Below, piece by piece: positions 9,779 through 18,680 of a stretch of DNA of 64,000 nt. A model generated the notes under the pieces. That model worked only from the letters and a program-made list of their open reading frames with translations. It was not told where the DNA came from and ran no database searches. This DNA is from an uncultured virus (IMG/VR IMGVR_UViG_3300032401_000004) (Duplodnaviria > Heunggongvirae > Uroviricota > Caudoviricetes): the IMG/VR virus record IMGVR_UViG_3300032401_000004; one strand, 5' to 3'. A program made the translations under genes and the position numbers. Each line of letters begins with the position of its first letter. Position 1 is the first letter of the stretch.

Positions 9779-10024
9779 TCATGAGTTGTGGGTACGCCGA
9801 GTATGTGTGGCGGCAATGCTCAACGTGATCAGGGCATCTTCGCGGTTGTGTTGAGCATGTTGCCACCCATCACGCCAAGCGTTCTGAAACGCTCGTGACC
9901 ATGAGAGCTTGCCACTTGGTTTACGTTTGTCTTCATATGGGCACGATGTGATTGGGTCGCCGCTGATGTTGGCTGCCAGCCCTTTGCGGTATGCCCCGTC
10001 GAGCGGACTACGCTTGGCGGTCAT
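9779..10024 (-). CDS. Rmf/CrpP-fold (ribosome modulation factor-like) protein
   Basis: AYRKG..A...G.....CPY....AWRDGW matches the RMF pattern (RGYQAG..G....CPY...WLGGW). Confidence 0.6.
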   Translation of the reverse strand: MTAKRSPLDGAYRKGLAANISGDPITSCPYEDKRKPSGKLSWSRAFQNAWRDGWQHAQHNREDALITLSIAATHTRRTHNS

Positions 10025-10374
10025 GGCTTAGGTTCCGGGTACGGATCCGGTGGCTCGTCTTCCGGGTACAACTCGTTGGTTGCGTGGTATGCCGTTCGGG
10101 CGTCCAGGTACTCTTGAGCAATCGCCCGTTGGGTTGGATCCAAGATCCCCGCAGGCACAGGCTTGTAGACCTCCCCGTACTGATTCCAGTCGAGACCAGG
10201 CCACACATGCCCCCAAGCCCGCTTGGCAGCGTTCCAGCGTTCCCAGGCAGCAATCCAGAAAGGGTCATGCCATCGAAGAGACCAATGGGACGCAAGGTGG
10301 ACGTTGACGCTTCGATTTGCTATGGCTGTAGCCCGAAGCTCTTCGATTGATAGAGGTGTGGTGCTAAATCCCAT
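10021..10374 (-). CDS. Hypothetical Trp-rich protein in the inserted cassette
   Basis: 4-nt overlap with the RMF-like gene. Confidence 0.55.
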   Translation of the reverse strand: MGFSTTPLSIEELRATAIANRSVNVHLASHWSLRWHDPFWIAAWERWNAAKRAWGHVWPGLDWNQYGEVYKPVPAGILDPTQRAIAQEYLDARTAYHATNELYPEDEPPDPYPEPKP

Positions 10375-10858
10375 ACTTCCTCAGGGGGTTCGGAGGCTTC
10401 GCGCCGCAGACCATGCAGCAGTGCTCGTCGCCCAGGACCATGGCAGCCTGCGCTTTGGCCTTGGCTTCGCTCAGCATGTGCTGTGCGAGCAGGCGCACGA
10501 CCTCAGGGTCTACGGCAGGAGCTACACCACCGTCGATGGCTGCGTGAGTAGCGCGTGCTCGCACCGCTCGGAACTTGCTTTGGCCTTTGCGGCGCTGCAG
10601 CTCGGCCTGGAACGCCGGGAACTCCAGCGGCAGAGGTTCTTTACCATCTGCTTGTCGCCGCAAGCACAGCTGCACCATGTTGTATAAATGCCCGTCAGCC
10701 ATCGTGCGAGGGGTGTGGACGGTGCCGTTGTAGGAGCGCCACACCGGTTCCTTGATGCGCTCGCGGAAGATGATCTCCTGCAGCGTGCCGAGTCGCCACA
10801 CCACTTGGTACCAGAACCGGTCGGCGGGCGAGGCGTCGTCTTCTGCGTGGTCGCTCAC
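10364..10858 (-). CDS. Hypothetical protein whose Zn-finger C-terminus is truncated by the insertion
   Basis: GTG start overlaps the upstream stop. Ends CCMVCGAKPPNPL-RKYGI. Confidence 0.55.
   Translation of the reverse strand: MSDHAEDDASPADRFWYQVVWRLGTLQEIIFRERIKEPVWRSYNGTVHTPRTMADGHLYNMVQLCLRRQADGKEPLPLEFPAFQAELQRRKGQSKFRAVRARATHAAIDGGVAPAVDPEVVRLLAQHMLSEAKAKAQAAMVLGDEHCCMVCGAKPPNPLRKYGI
10380..10493. repeat. 114-bp exact direct repeat, copy 2
   Basis: Identical to 9595-9708. Confidence 0.95.
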
Positions 10859-11295
10859 GGCTGCACCTCCGGGATGGCGTCTCGTGCCCTGAGGCTGATC
10901 GTACTCCTGCACGCACACTCGCGCAGGATGAGGATTTCCCCGTCTTCGACGAACCACGGCCGGGGGTTCGAGAGCTTGCGCCACTCGGTGCGGTTGTACT
11001 TACTGCCGCAGCTGCACCGCGCGATGATGCCCATGTCGTCCAGCAGGCTGCGTGCCCACCAGCAGCAGATCTCCAGAGCTGCTGTGATGGACGGCTGCCG
11101 ACCACTGTCCGCCATGTGCTGTCCGGTGTGGCTGTCGCCGAACATCAACAGCACGACGTAGCGATCGTCGCGGCGCTCGATGCGGACCTCGCCGTGCTCC
11201 AGCAGAGCTGTGAGCATGCCCAGGGGGTCCAGGTCAGAGTGCGCTTCTGCCGAGAGCAGAGACTCGCGCCAGGCTTTGCGTTCGAGGTAGTTCAC
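10855..11295 (-). CDS. Hypothetical protein with CxC...CxC
   Basis: GTGA overlap with the upstream gene. Confidence 0.55.
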   Translation of the reverse strand: MNYLERKAWRESLLSAEAHSDLDPLGMLTALLEHGEVRIERRDDRYVVLLMFGDSHTGQHMADSGRQPSITAALEICCWWARSLLDDMGIIARCSCGSKYNRTEWRKLSNPRPWFVEDGEILILRECACRSTISLRARDAIPEVQP

Positions 11296-11732
11296 GCTGC
11301 TCTCTTTGCGCGTGGCCCGACCTCGGCCACTTCCAGCTCTTTCACCGAGACCTTGCCTGCTCGTGATTCCTTGGGCAGGTCGTCGAGCCCGGCTTGCACG
11401 AGCGCTTCGGCCTCGTCGAGGTCCGCCAACGCCGCCACCAGTTCGGCAGCTTTTGCGTCGGTCTTGAGCGCTTCCTGCATCGCGAGCACCAGCGACGCCA
11501 TGGCGTGCTCGCGCGTGACGCCCGCGTAGCGCAAAAAGAGGGCCATCGTGGCCTTCCACGGGATCTTGGCTGTGGGTGTGTACTGCTCGTCCTCGCCCAC
11601 GTCGAGCGTGCCCGAGACGTGCAGGTGCACGATGGTGTCGATGTCGTACTCGCCAGCGTCCACGTGGGGACGTGCGAGCTTGGCTTCTTTCTCGATGAGC
11701 TTCGAGAGTCCCAAAAGTACAGCGTGGTTCAT
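11292..11732 (-). CDS. Hypothetical phage protein
   Basis: AAGGAA RBS and good codon usage. Confidence 0.7.
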   Translation of the reverse strand: MNHAVLLGLSKLIEKEAKLARPHVDAGEYDIDTIVHLHVSGTLDVGEDEQYTPTAKIPWKATMALFLRYAGVTREHAMASLVLAMQEALKTDAKAAELVAALADLDEAEALVQAGLDDLPKESRAGKVSVKELEVAEVGPRAKRAA

Positions 11733-11859
11733 GACTGCGTTCCTTCTGCCGCTGCCAGCGGCGTTACGTCACAGACGTTCCAGCTGCTGATCCGCTCAAA
11801 CTGGGCCCGCCGGGCCCGTGTCATTTACTAAAAGACAGACGTCTAAACTGGACAGAGCT

Positions 11860-12774
11860 TCACGCCAAAGCTGCTTTTCGGTGGCTGTACTGCGTGGGGC
11901 GGTGGTTGCTCTGCAGCACCTGCTGCTCGTCGAAACTCTTGCGGTCGTCTAGCTCCAGAGCCGCGTTGAGCTGCTTTTGGTCGAGCCCCAGCTCGGCCTT
12001 GAGCTGCTTGGAGGTGCGCGGGCCCACAACCAACACGGCCAGCACGCGCTTGAGGTTCTCGGCAGTGGCTGCGCGCTTGGCGTCCTCGGCAGCGTCCGCA
12101 GCCAGCGCCTTGAGACACCTGGCGCAGCTCACGGCGGCAGGGTCGTCGCTCTCGCGCACGCCGTAGCTCGTGCTGCCGCACCAGATCGGGAACGGCTTGT
12201 TGCGTGAGTTCAGGCCAGGCTTGCGGTAGTGGACCGTGGGCTGCACGGCTTCCTCCTGCCGCAGCGGCTGTAGCGTCCAGGCTGCGATCTTCTCGTTGCA
12301 GAAGTCCACCATGCTCAGGTGTGCATCGCGATACCTCGTGACCTCCTGCATATGCTGAGAGTGCGTGCGATCGTAGGTCCAGTCGTGGTGTGTCCACGGC
12401 TCGGTCGAATCCGGCACGATCTTGAACTCGTCTCCGGGGTGCAGCCGCAGGCTGTACAACACGTCGCACTTCTCGCGGCCGTAGACGCGGTAGGAGTGCG
12501 TCACCTCCAACATCGGCAGCGTGGCCAGGCGCTCCAGCGCCCGCTGACAATGTGCCACACCGGCTTGGTGGGTGTCGCGCAGCGCGATGGTGCCCTCGGC
12601 ACTCAGCTCGTAGGGCGGGTACTGCGTGCCCATGCACGAGCCGTTGTGCCAGGCGTGGCCGTACTGGCCGACGCGACGGCCTCCCACTTCTTGCCAGCCG
12701 TGGCGCGTCGCGATGCCGCGCGACGTGGCGGCGAAGTCCCGAAAGCAGCAGGCGCAGGTGCCGCGCAAGCTCAC
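11860..12774 (-). CDS. Zn-ribbon protein with possible C-terminal wHTH
   Basis: CACC...H..SC, C..CARC and TSKQLKAELGLDQKQLNAAL. Confidence 0.6.
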   Translation of the reverse strand: MSLRGTCACCFRDFAATSRGIATRHGWQEVGGRRVGQYGHAWHNGSCMGTQYPPYELSAEGTIALRDTHQAGVAHCQRALERLATLPMLEVTHSYRVYGREKCDVLYSLRLHPGDEFKIVPDSTEPWTHHDWTYDRTHSQHMQEVTRYRDAHLSMVDFCNEKIAAWTLQPLRQEEAVQPTVHYRKPGLNSRNKPFPIWCGSTSYGVRESDDPAAVSCARCLKALAADAAEDAKRAATAENLKRVLAVLVVGPRTSKQLKAELGLDQKQLNAALELDDRKSFDEQQVLQSNHRPTQYSHRKAALA

Positions 12775-13061
12775 GACGCCACCTGCCGAACGCTGACCCG
12801 GTAGCTCAGTGAGGTCGCACCGAAGACCACAGACTTAGTCATGCGTGCGCCGCTGTGACGGTAGGCGTAGAAGAGCTTCAGCGCCGCGTACTCGGTGTCG
12901 AGCGTCGCAACCCAGCCACCGCCCTTGGCTGCAGCGTAGGCCACGAGGTCCACGATCTGACCTGCGTCGCCGATGCACTTCTGCACTTCAGCGCGCAGAC
13001 GCGGCAAGATGGCGAGGTTGAAGCCGTCCACGTCGGTGTTCTCGTTGATCAAGTCGCGCAT
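12771..13061 (-). CDS. Hypothetical early protein
   Basis: Directly follows cassette copy 2. Confidence 0.7.
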   Translation of the reverse strand: MRDLINENTDVDGFNLAILPRLRAEVQKCIGDAGQIVDLVAYAAAKGGGWVATLDTEYAALKLFYAYRHSGARMTKSVVFGATSLSYRVSVRQVAS

Positions 13062-13138
13062 GTTCCGTGTCCTTCTGGGCCATCCAGGCCCGCTGTTTCG
13101 CAGTCTTGTATCAGACGAGCCCCAGGGGCGCTTATTCA
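13062..13138 (-). promoter_or_regulatory. Early cassette copy 2
   Basis: TGAAT-N16-CGTCTGA ... GGGCC TGGAT GGCCC AGAAGGACACG. Confidence 0.75.
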
Positions 13139-13208
13139 GCCGCTTGTCTCACAGCCCGAGTCAGCTCGGGCTGTGAGAGCAGCGGGCCGCCGGGGCGGCC
13201 TGCGTAGC

Positions 13209-13487
13209 TCAGTCGCAACCGCCGTAGATGCGTTCGCACGCCTCTTCGGCCTGGCGCTCGTAGGCGCGTTCGGCGTCGCGCTCGCAGTCGCGCTCGTAGG
13301 TGCCGTCGGTGTCTTCGCTGGCCCAGCGCGCGTCGCGATCGACGTACAGCTTCCAGTTCTTCGACGCACGCACGACAGCCAGGTGCGCCTGGTACGTCTC
13401 GGGACCGCTCAGCGGGAGCGCGTCGAGCGCTGCCACGGCTTCATTCCAGGCTTGCTCAGCTGCGATCGTATCGGGAGATGCTTTCAT
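13209..13487 (-). CDS. Small acidic early protein
   Basis: Follows cassette copy 3. D/E-rich C-terminus. Confidence 0.7.
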   Translation of the reverse strand: MKASPDTIAAEQAWNEAVAALDALPLSGPETYQAHLAVVRASKNWKLYVDRDARWASEDTDGTYERDCERDAERAYERQAEEACERIYGGCD

Positions 13488-13565
13488 TTCGTGTCCTTCT
13501 GGGCCATCCAGGCCCGCTGTGCTTTCGTGTCTCTCCTCAGACGTGCCCCATTCAGGGGTATTCAC
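13488..13565 (-). promoter_or_regulatory. Early cassette copy 3
   Basis: GTGAAT-N16-CGTCTGA ... GGGCC TGGAT GGCCC AGAAGGACACG. Confidence 0.75.
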
Positions 13566-13740
13566 GAATCCCGATTTTTTAGTCGGAGAAGCACCTACAT
13601 AGGCCGGAAAACCAGAGGTCAATACCGTGAAAAACGTAATGATTTCATATACTTAGCTCCTAAACATCTTATGCCGGAAACTCCTACTTTCCGGCACAGA
13701 ACCCCCACAATATCCCACCTTTCTTTCGGGATTCGTGAAT
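13560..13740. repeat. 15-bp perfect inverted repeat flanking an AT-rich spacer at the divergence point
   Basis: ATTCACGAATCCCGA (13560-13574) and TCGGGATTCGTGAAT (13726-13740). Confidence 0.85.
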
Positions 13741-13813
13741 CAGGCAAGCAGGAGATCGTCACACTGGCGTGTGAGATACGCGGGCCGGGATGGTCCAGAA
13801 GGATACGAGAACC
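13735..13813 (+). promoter_or_regulatory. Early cassette copy 4
   Basis: GTGAAT-N16-CGTCACA ... GGGCC GGGAT GGTCC AGAAGGATACG. Confidence 0.75.
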
Positions 13814-14041
13814 ATGGCTTTTTCAGCGAAGTTCCCCGGTAAGTGCGTGACCTGCGGCGGCCGGATTGCGGCAGGCGAGCTGATCGGCGGCACGAGCCGC
13901 AACTACTCGCACGTCGCGTGCCTGGACGCTGCTGCCGAGGCTGGGCTGCCCGCACCAGCAGCTGCCGAGGACAAGGACGCGATCGCCTGGGCGGCATTCC
14001 AGGTGAGCTACGTGGCACTGCCTGGCGAGGGGACGTACTGA
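13814..14041 (+). CDS. Small Zn-binding protein
   Basis: AKFPGKCVTCGGRI...HVAC. Confidence 0.7.
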   Translation: MAFSAKFPGKCVTCGGRIAAGELIGGTSRNYSHVACLDAAAEAGLPAPAAAEDKDAIAWAAFQVSYVALPGEGTY

Positions 14042-14202
14042 TGTCCTCGTCACTCACAGTGAGCCCGCTGCAGGCGTTCCGCGCCCGCGAGGAACGCTTG
14101 GCCGCGAAGACTGCGCTGCTCGCCGAGCTGGAAAGTTACTTGGCTGACGTGCGTGCGAAAGACCGCACGCCTCGTGAATGTCTGAGCTACGACCACGTCT
14201 GA
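14041..14202 (+). CDS. Small hypothetical protein
   Basis: TGATG overlap. Confidence 0.45.
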   Translation: MSSSLTVSPLQAFRAREERLAAKTALLAELESYLADVRAKDRTPRECLSYDHV

Positions 14203-14235
14203 ACTGCACGGGCCGGGACGGTCCAGGAGGACACG
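14174..14235 (+). promoter_or_regulatory. Early cassette copy 5
   Basis: GTGAAT-N16-CGTCTGA ... GGGCC GGGAC GGTCC AGGAGGACACG ATG. Confidence 0.75.
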
Positions 14236-14472
14236 ATGATCTACTTCACGCACCTCGGATTACAAGGCCCGGACCTACATCACGCCTGGGCCGCCATTGC
14301 CAGCGGCGAACGTGTGGCCACAATCCAGGAGGTCGAGGAGGGGCACACGTACACCATCGTATACCAGCGCCTGCCCGGTCGGCCGACCACGCAACCCCAG
14401 CGCACGACCCGGACAGTACACGGGGATCTGGATCACGCACAGGATCTAGTGCAGCGGCGCGGTTGGCGCTGA
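14236..14472 (+). CDS. Hypothetical early protein
   Basis: Follows cassette copy 5. Confidence 0.65.
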   Translation: MIYFTHLGLQGPDLHHAWAAIASGERVATIQEVEEGHTYTIVYQRLPGRPTTQPQRTTRTVHGDLDHAQDLVQRRGWR

Positions 14473-14514
14473 CATGTCACGCATCCGAAGAGTTGTGACT
14501 TTTCGTTTGCGAGA

Positions 14515-14581
14515 GTGAATAGACGCAGCTACCCTGCGTCTGAGAAGTAACCGGGCCGGGAAGGTCCAGAAGGACACGACC
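14515..14581 (+). promoter_or_regulatory. Early cassette copy 6
   Basis: GTGAAT-N16-CGTCTGA ... GGGCC GGGAA GGTCC AGAAGGACACG. Confidence 0.75.
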
Positions 14582-14806
14582 ATGAGATACGCTGCCATCC
14601 GTTACTTCTTCGAGACCGCCTCCGACGGAGACTACCTGATCACGTACGAGGAATCAGGGCTGACCACCGAGGAGGATCCCGGCTCGCGCTGCGGCCTCGG
14701 TGACGACTACCTGGCCGAGATCGAGACCGAGCTGCGCAAGCGCGGTCTGACGCTGGTTGCCGATGACGAGGGCCTCGTGGCTCGCACGTACGTGGAGGCA
14801 CCATGA
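14582..14806 (+). CDS. Small acidic protein
   Basis: Follows cassette copy 6. Confidence 0.7.
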   Translation: MRYAAIRYFFETASDGDYLITYEESGLTTEEDPGSRCGLGDDYLAEIETELRKRGLTLVADDEGLVARTYVEAP

Positions 14807-15114
14807 CCTACGTCAACGTCACGTACGAGTGGTGCCTGGAGACGCAAGACGACGTCGGGGACATCGTGGACTCAGACTTCGCGCCCACTCTGGCCGCCCT
14901 GGGGCCTCCAGGTCTGGGTCAAGAGATCGTGCTGGTCTGCGACATCAGCGAGGTGGGCGGCGGCCTGGTGGAGCGCGGCTGGGCCTACGTAGAGGCGGGT
15001 AAGCTCCCGGAGTGGTGCACCGAAGCCTCCGACGACGCAGGCAGAGCGGTACGTGTACGCCGGGTACCCAAGCGGTTTCACCAAGAGCTTGCAACTCTCA
15101 CGGGGCGCTCATGA
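14803..15114 (+). CDS. Hypothetical protein
   Basis: ATGA overlap and GGAGG RBS. Confidence 0.7.
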   Translation: MTYVNVTYEWCLETQDDVGDIVDSDFAPTLAALGPPGLGQEIVLVCDISEVGGGLVERGWAYVEAGKLPEWCTEASDDAGRAVRVRRVPKRFHQELATLTGRS

Positions 15115-15317
15115 TCCTGAGCATCGAGGCATTCCGCGAGCGCTGCCGAGACCATGACGGCTACTGCAGGCACTGTGACGGTATCACGAGGCTCGGGGAC
15201 ACCGAGCCTAACGCCGACGGCTATCCGTGCGAGACCTGCGGGGGGTCGAGCGTGTGCGGGGTGGAGTGGGCGATGATCGAAGGGCTCATCGAGATCGCGG
15301 ACGGAGGTGAGTCATGA
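15111..15317 (+). CDS. Small CxxC...CxxC Zn-ribbon protein
   Basis: GYCRHC...EPNADGYPCETCG. Confidence 0.7.
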   Translation: MILSIEAFRERCRDHDGYCRHCDGITRLGDTEPNADGYPCETCGGSSVCGVEWAMIEGLIEIADGGES

Positions 15318-15757
15318 CGCTGCGCTGGCGTAAAGAGAGCTTCGGACACGTCGCACGTACTAAGCTCGATGTCGTTGTGGTCTCACAAGATCCCGAGTCA
15401 GGCGACTGGGACGTGTGCATCTACGGCAAGCAGGTGTTCAAGGACTACGGTGTGGACGGTGCGATCGGGTTCCACGGCTGCAGGCCCACGTTCGAGGAGG
15501 CCAAGCAGCTTGCGCGGGAGAAGATGCAGCTGCTGCAACCTGAGCCGAAGATTTACGCCACGACCGCCGCATACACAGCCGCCCGCACCGACCACGCCGA
15601 CGCCCGCGCCGCCTACCGCGCCGCCAACGCCGCCCAGTGCATCGCCAACGCCGCCCAGCGCGTCGCCTACGCCGCCGCTGCTGCCGCCGCCACCGCCGCC
15701 TACGACGCTTGGATTGCTTATCAAGCCGCGCTGAAAGAGAGGGGCGGCAAACCATGA
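15314..15757 (+). CDS. Protein with C-terminal Ala/Tyr repeat module
   Basis: AAYRAANAAQ repeats. Confidence 0.65.
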   Translation: MTLRWRKESFGHVARTKLDVVVVSQDPESGDWDVCIYGKQVFKDYGVDGAIGFHGCRPTFEEAKQLAREKMQLLQPEPKIYATTAAYTAARTDHADARAAYRAANAAQCIANAAQRVAYAAAAAAATAAYDAWIAYQAALKERGGKP

Positions 15758-16005
15758 CCGACACAAAAATCAAAGAGTTGCGCGTCGCCGCTGCTGCCGC
15801 CGAAGCCGCCTACCGCGTCGCCGCTGCTGCCAACGACGCCGCCTACCGCGTCGTCGACGCCGCCTACCGTGCCGCCAACGACGCCGCCTACCTCGTCGCC
15901 GCCTCCACCTACCGTGCCGCCAACGACGCCGCCTACCGCGCCGCCTACGACGCATGGAATGCGTATCAAGCCGCGTTGGAAGCGGAGAAGGACGGTGCCG
16001 AATGA
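15754..16005 (+). CDS. Ala/Tyr-repeat protein, paralog 2
   Basis: MTDTKIKELR...AYQAALEAEKDGAE. Confidence 0.65.
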   Translation: MTDTKIKELRVAAAAAEAAYRVAAAANDAAYRVVDAAYRAANDAAYLVAASTYRAANDAAYRAAYDAWNAYQAALEAEKDGAE

Positions 16006-16289
16006 CTGACACGAAGATTGAGACGTTGCGCGCCGCCTACGACGCAGCCGAAGCCGCATACACAACCGCCCGCACCGACCACGCCGACGCCGCTGCCGAA
16101 GCCGCATACACAACCGCCCGCACCGACGACGCCTACCGCGACGCCTACCGCGCCGCCAACGCCGCCCAGCGCGTCGCCAACGCCGCCCAGCGCGTCGCCT
16201 ACGCCGCCGCTGCTGCCGCCGCCTCCGCCGCCTACGACGCTTGGAAGGCATACCAAGACGCGTTGAAGGCGAAGGACGGTGCCGAATGA
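16002..16289 (+). CDS. Ala/Tyr-repeat protein, paralog 3
   Basis: MTDTKIETLR...AYQDALKAKDGAE. Confidence 0.65.
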   Translation: MTDTKIETLRAAYDAAEAAYTTARTDHADAAAEAAYTTARTDDAYRDAYRAANAAQRVANAAQRVAYAAAAAAASAAYDAWKAYQDALKAKDGAE

Positions 16290-16522
16290 CTGACGCAGAT
16301 AAGATCGAAAGCTTGCGCGACGCCTACGTCGCTGCCGAAGCCGCATACACAACCGCCCGCACCGCCCACGCCTACGTCGCTGCCGAATACTGCAACCACG
16401 GCCACTACGTCGCCACCGGCAAACCGGTGAACCACGAGTGCCGGGTGATCCCGCCTGCAGCGCTGCGCGCTGAAATGGAAGGCAAGTACGCCGAGGCCAT
16501 AGAGCTGATGGTGACGCGATGA
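16286..16522 (+). CDS. Ala/Tyr-repeat protein, paralog 4 (unique C-terminus)
   Basis: MTDADKIESLR... Confidence 0.6.
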   Translation: MTDADKIESLRDAYVAAEAAYTTARTAHAYVAAEYCNHGHYVATGKPVNHECRVIPPAALRAEMEGKYAEAIELMVTR

Positions 16523-16728
16523 GCCGTGACACACCGCAGACCGTGGACGAGCTGGGCACCTGGCTCAAGGATAACAACGCGTCGCTGTCCATGTACAATA
16601 ACGGTGTCAAGTGGCACGCCAGGATCTCGCTCTTCAACCCTCCGAACGCCCCGCGTCAATGTGACGGGGAGAACAAAGATTTCATCGCGGCGATGTTCGC
16701 TGCATTGCGAGATGCGAGGGGCTTATGA
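16519..16728 (+). CDS. Hypothetical protein
   Basis: Part of the ATGA overlap chain. Confidence 0.6.
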   Translation: MSRDTPQTVDELGTWLKDNNASLSMYNNGVKWHARISLFNPPNAPRQCDGENKDFIAAMFAALRDARGL

Positions 16729-16946
16729 GACGTCACAAGAGGCGAGTGAGGTGGGTCCACGGCTCGCTGCACAGCACGGGGCGTCTACCCAACGGCTCGT
16801 ATGTAGAGCTGCACAACGCCAAGGGGCACGTGTACCGGGCCTGCTTTGTCTACCGCGATGGGCGAAGTCCTGAAGAGCGGGTCTTGACAGGCAACCAGGC
16901 CACGGCCATGCGCAAAGCCTCCAAACGTCTACGGGGTGTACCATGA
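16725..16946 (+). CDS. Basic hypothetical protein
   Basis: Part of the ATGA overlap chain. Confidence 0.6.
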   Translation: MRRHKRRVRWVHGSLHSTGRLPNGSYVELHNAKGHVYRACFVYRDGRSPEERVLTGNQATAMRKASKRLRGVP

Positions 16947-17509
16947 CAGACGATCTTCGTCACCACGAGAAGCGTGACGCCTTACTTCGGAGGCAGCTGA
17001 CGGACATGGCTCGCCAGCGTGGTTGGAAACCTCCGGGACCGACCAGCGACTACGCGACGTGGCTCCTGCAGAAGCTGCTCGGCATGCACGAGCTGGACGG
17101 CCTCATCGGCCCGAACACGTCGAGCATCGCACTGCGCTTCGACAAGCCGCTCATTCCTGCGCCTGCAGGCTGGCAAGCTGGCGTGACCGAGAACTCCTTC
17201 AGGCACGTGGGTACGGGCGCTACTGTGGCTCTGCAGGGCAACGGAACGTGGGGCTGGTGGCGAGCCCGCCTGCACAACCGGCTCTGCATCGAGCCCATGA
17301 CCACAATCGAGGATGCCGTAACGGCTGCACTCTCTGAACCCACACCGGGTTGGCAGACGACACACCCCAACCGAGAAGGCACCTACCGCACGCGAACAAA
17401 CCTCGGCGACGAAGGTCCGAAGATTTACGTGTTCAATAACCCGATGGGCAAGCCCACGGCCTCACGAGAGTGGGACGGCTTCTGGTGGTCCGAACCGGAG
17501 AAGCCATGA
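16943..17509 (+). CDS. Hypothetical protein
   Basis: Part of the ATGA overlap chain. Confidence 0.6.
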   Translation: MTDDLRHHEKRDALLRRQLTDMARQRGWKPPGPTSDYATWLLQKLLGMHELDGLIGPNTSSIALRFDKPLIPAPAGWQAGVTENSFRHVGTGATVALQGNGTWGWWRARLHNRLCIEPMTTIEDAVTAALSEPTPGWQTTHPNREGTYRTRTNLGDEGPKIYVFNNPMGKPTASREWDGFWWSEPEKP

Positions 17510-18198
17510 CGCTGTCAGCTGCCGAGCGTCGCAAGACCCCGCACGTCCACCTGGGCATCGACCTACGCACGGAAATGCGCCTGTACTGCAGGACGTTAGG
17601 CATCACGATCCCCGAGTGTAAGTTCCGCCACTCCGACAGGACGAGCGGCTGCTCCGGGCGCGCCTGGAGCTACTACTGGCAGACGCACAAAGGCAAGCTC
17701 GTCAAGTCTCGCGCAGGCTCTGGACGCATCCTGCTCACCATCGGCCGCGACGTCACAGCGGCCCGCGTGCTCCTGGTGCTCTTGCATGAGCTGACGCACA
17801 TCGCTTGCCCCGACAAGCATCACGGCGAGGCCTTCTGCGCCAAGCTGGTCAAGACCGCCCGCGAGCTGTGGGGCGTGAAGCTGGACGGCTGGTGTTTCGT
17901 CACGCCTGGCATCTTCACGAAGCGTGCGTACGCCATTGACCACATGATCACGACAGAGCTTCAGGCGCTGTTGAATGCGGGAGCAGTGACGCCGTCAGCT
18001 GCACAGGTTACGGAGCCTGCTGAGCCGGTGTCGCTAGACTCACGTAGGCAAGAGCTAGTGCGCAAGCGCGAAGAGCACGCACGCAAGATGCTCTCGAAGA
18101 ACGAACGGCAGCTGAAGGCTGCGCAGGCCCGCGTGCAGAAGTGGCGCGGCAAGGTGCGGTACTACGAGAAGTCAGCCGCGAAGCGAGGCACGCCGTGA
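17506..18198 (+). CDS. SprT-like zincin metallopeptidase
   Basis: LLHELTH...HHGEAF followed by a basic coiled coil. Confidence 0.75.
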   Translation: MTLSAAERRKTPHVHLGIDLRTEMRLYCRTLGITIPECKFRHSDRTSGCSGRAWSYYWQTHKGKLVKSRAGSGRILLTIGRDVTAARVLLVLLHELTHIACPDKHHGEAFCAKLVKTARELWGVKLDGWCFVTPGIFTKRAYAIDHMITTELQALLNAGAVTPSAAQVTEPAEPVSLDSRRQELVRKREEHARKMLSKNERQLKAAQARVQKWRGKVRYYEKSAAKRGTP

Positions 18199-18434
18199 CA
18201 CCTCCCGACAAAGACCGCTGCCAGGCTGAGAAGCCTAACGGCGACTCGTTCATGACGCTGGGCGGGCGCTACGGCGGCCGAGTCCGGTGCACGAGCAAGC
18301 CCACGATGATCATCACCGAGGTGAAGCCGCCGCCGGGGCAGACCGAGCTGGGCTCGATGTCGCTGTGCGACGAGTGCAAAGCAGTTTTCGACAAGCAAGA
18401 AGGCTTCGAAGTCACCGTGGAGAAACTGCCGTGA
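18195..18434 (+). CDS. Small Cys-rich protein
   Basis: GTGA overlap. CQ...C...LCDEC. Confidence 0.55.
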   Translation: MTPPDKDRCQAEKPNGDSFMTLGGRYGGRVRCTSKPTMIITEVKPPPGQTELGSMSLCDECKAVFDKQEGFEVTVEKLP

Positions 18435-18643
18435 GCGACAAGAACAAATGGCGCGTCGTGATCATCGAGTACGCAACTGACAAGGTCGAGAAGACCATCG
18501 AGGCGAACCTTCTGATCGTGGCCACGCTCGCGGGGTTTGCTGCGCGTGCCCTGCACACTGGACCTCTGGTCGGCGGCGCGTTTGGTTTTGCGCTCGGGGT
18601 ACTGGGCGGCATCACCGGCTACCCATTGCGTCTGTTTTGGTAG
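18431..18643 (+). CDS. Small membrane protein
   Basis: GTGA overlap and hydrophobic C-terminal half. Confidence 0.5.
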   Translation: MSDKNKWRVVIIEYATDKVEKTIEANLLIVATLAGFAARALHTGPLVGGAFGFALGVLGGITGYPLRLFW

Positions 18644-18680
18644 TTTGTTACACTTGCGCAAACGATAAGGAGCCACCGCC

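Noticed and set aside
13060..14585. Repeated ~30-nt elements read as a CRISPR array
   Set aside because: Spacing is irregular, both strands are used, and each copy ends in an SD and ATG, so they are gene leaders.
15560..16400. Ala-rich repeats read as DGR template and variable repeats
   Set aside because: Differences are not adenine-specific and no reverse transcriptase is present in the window.
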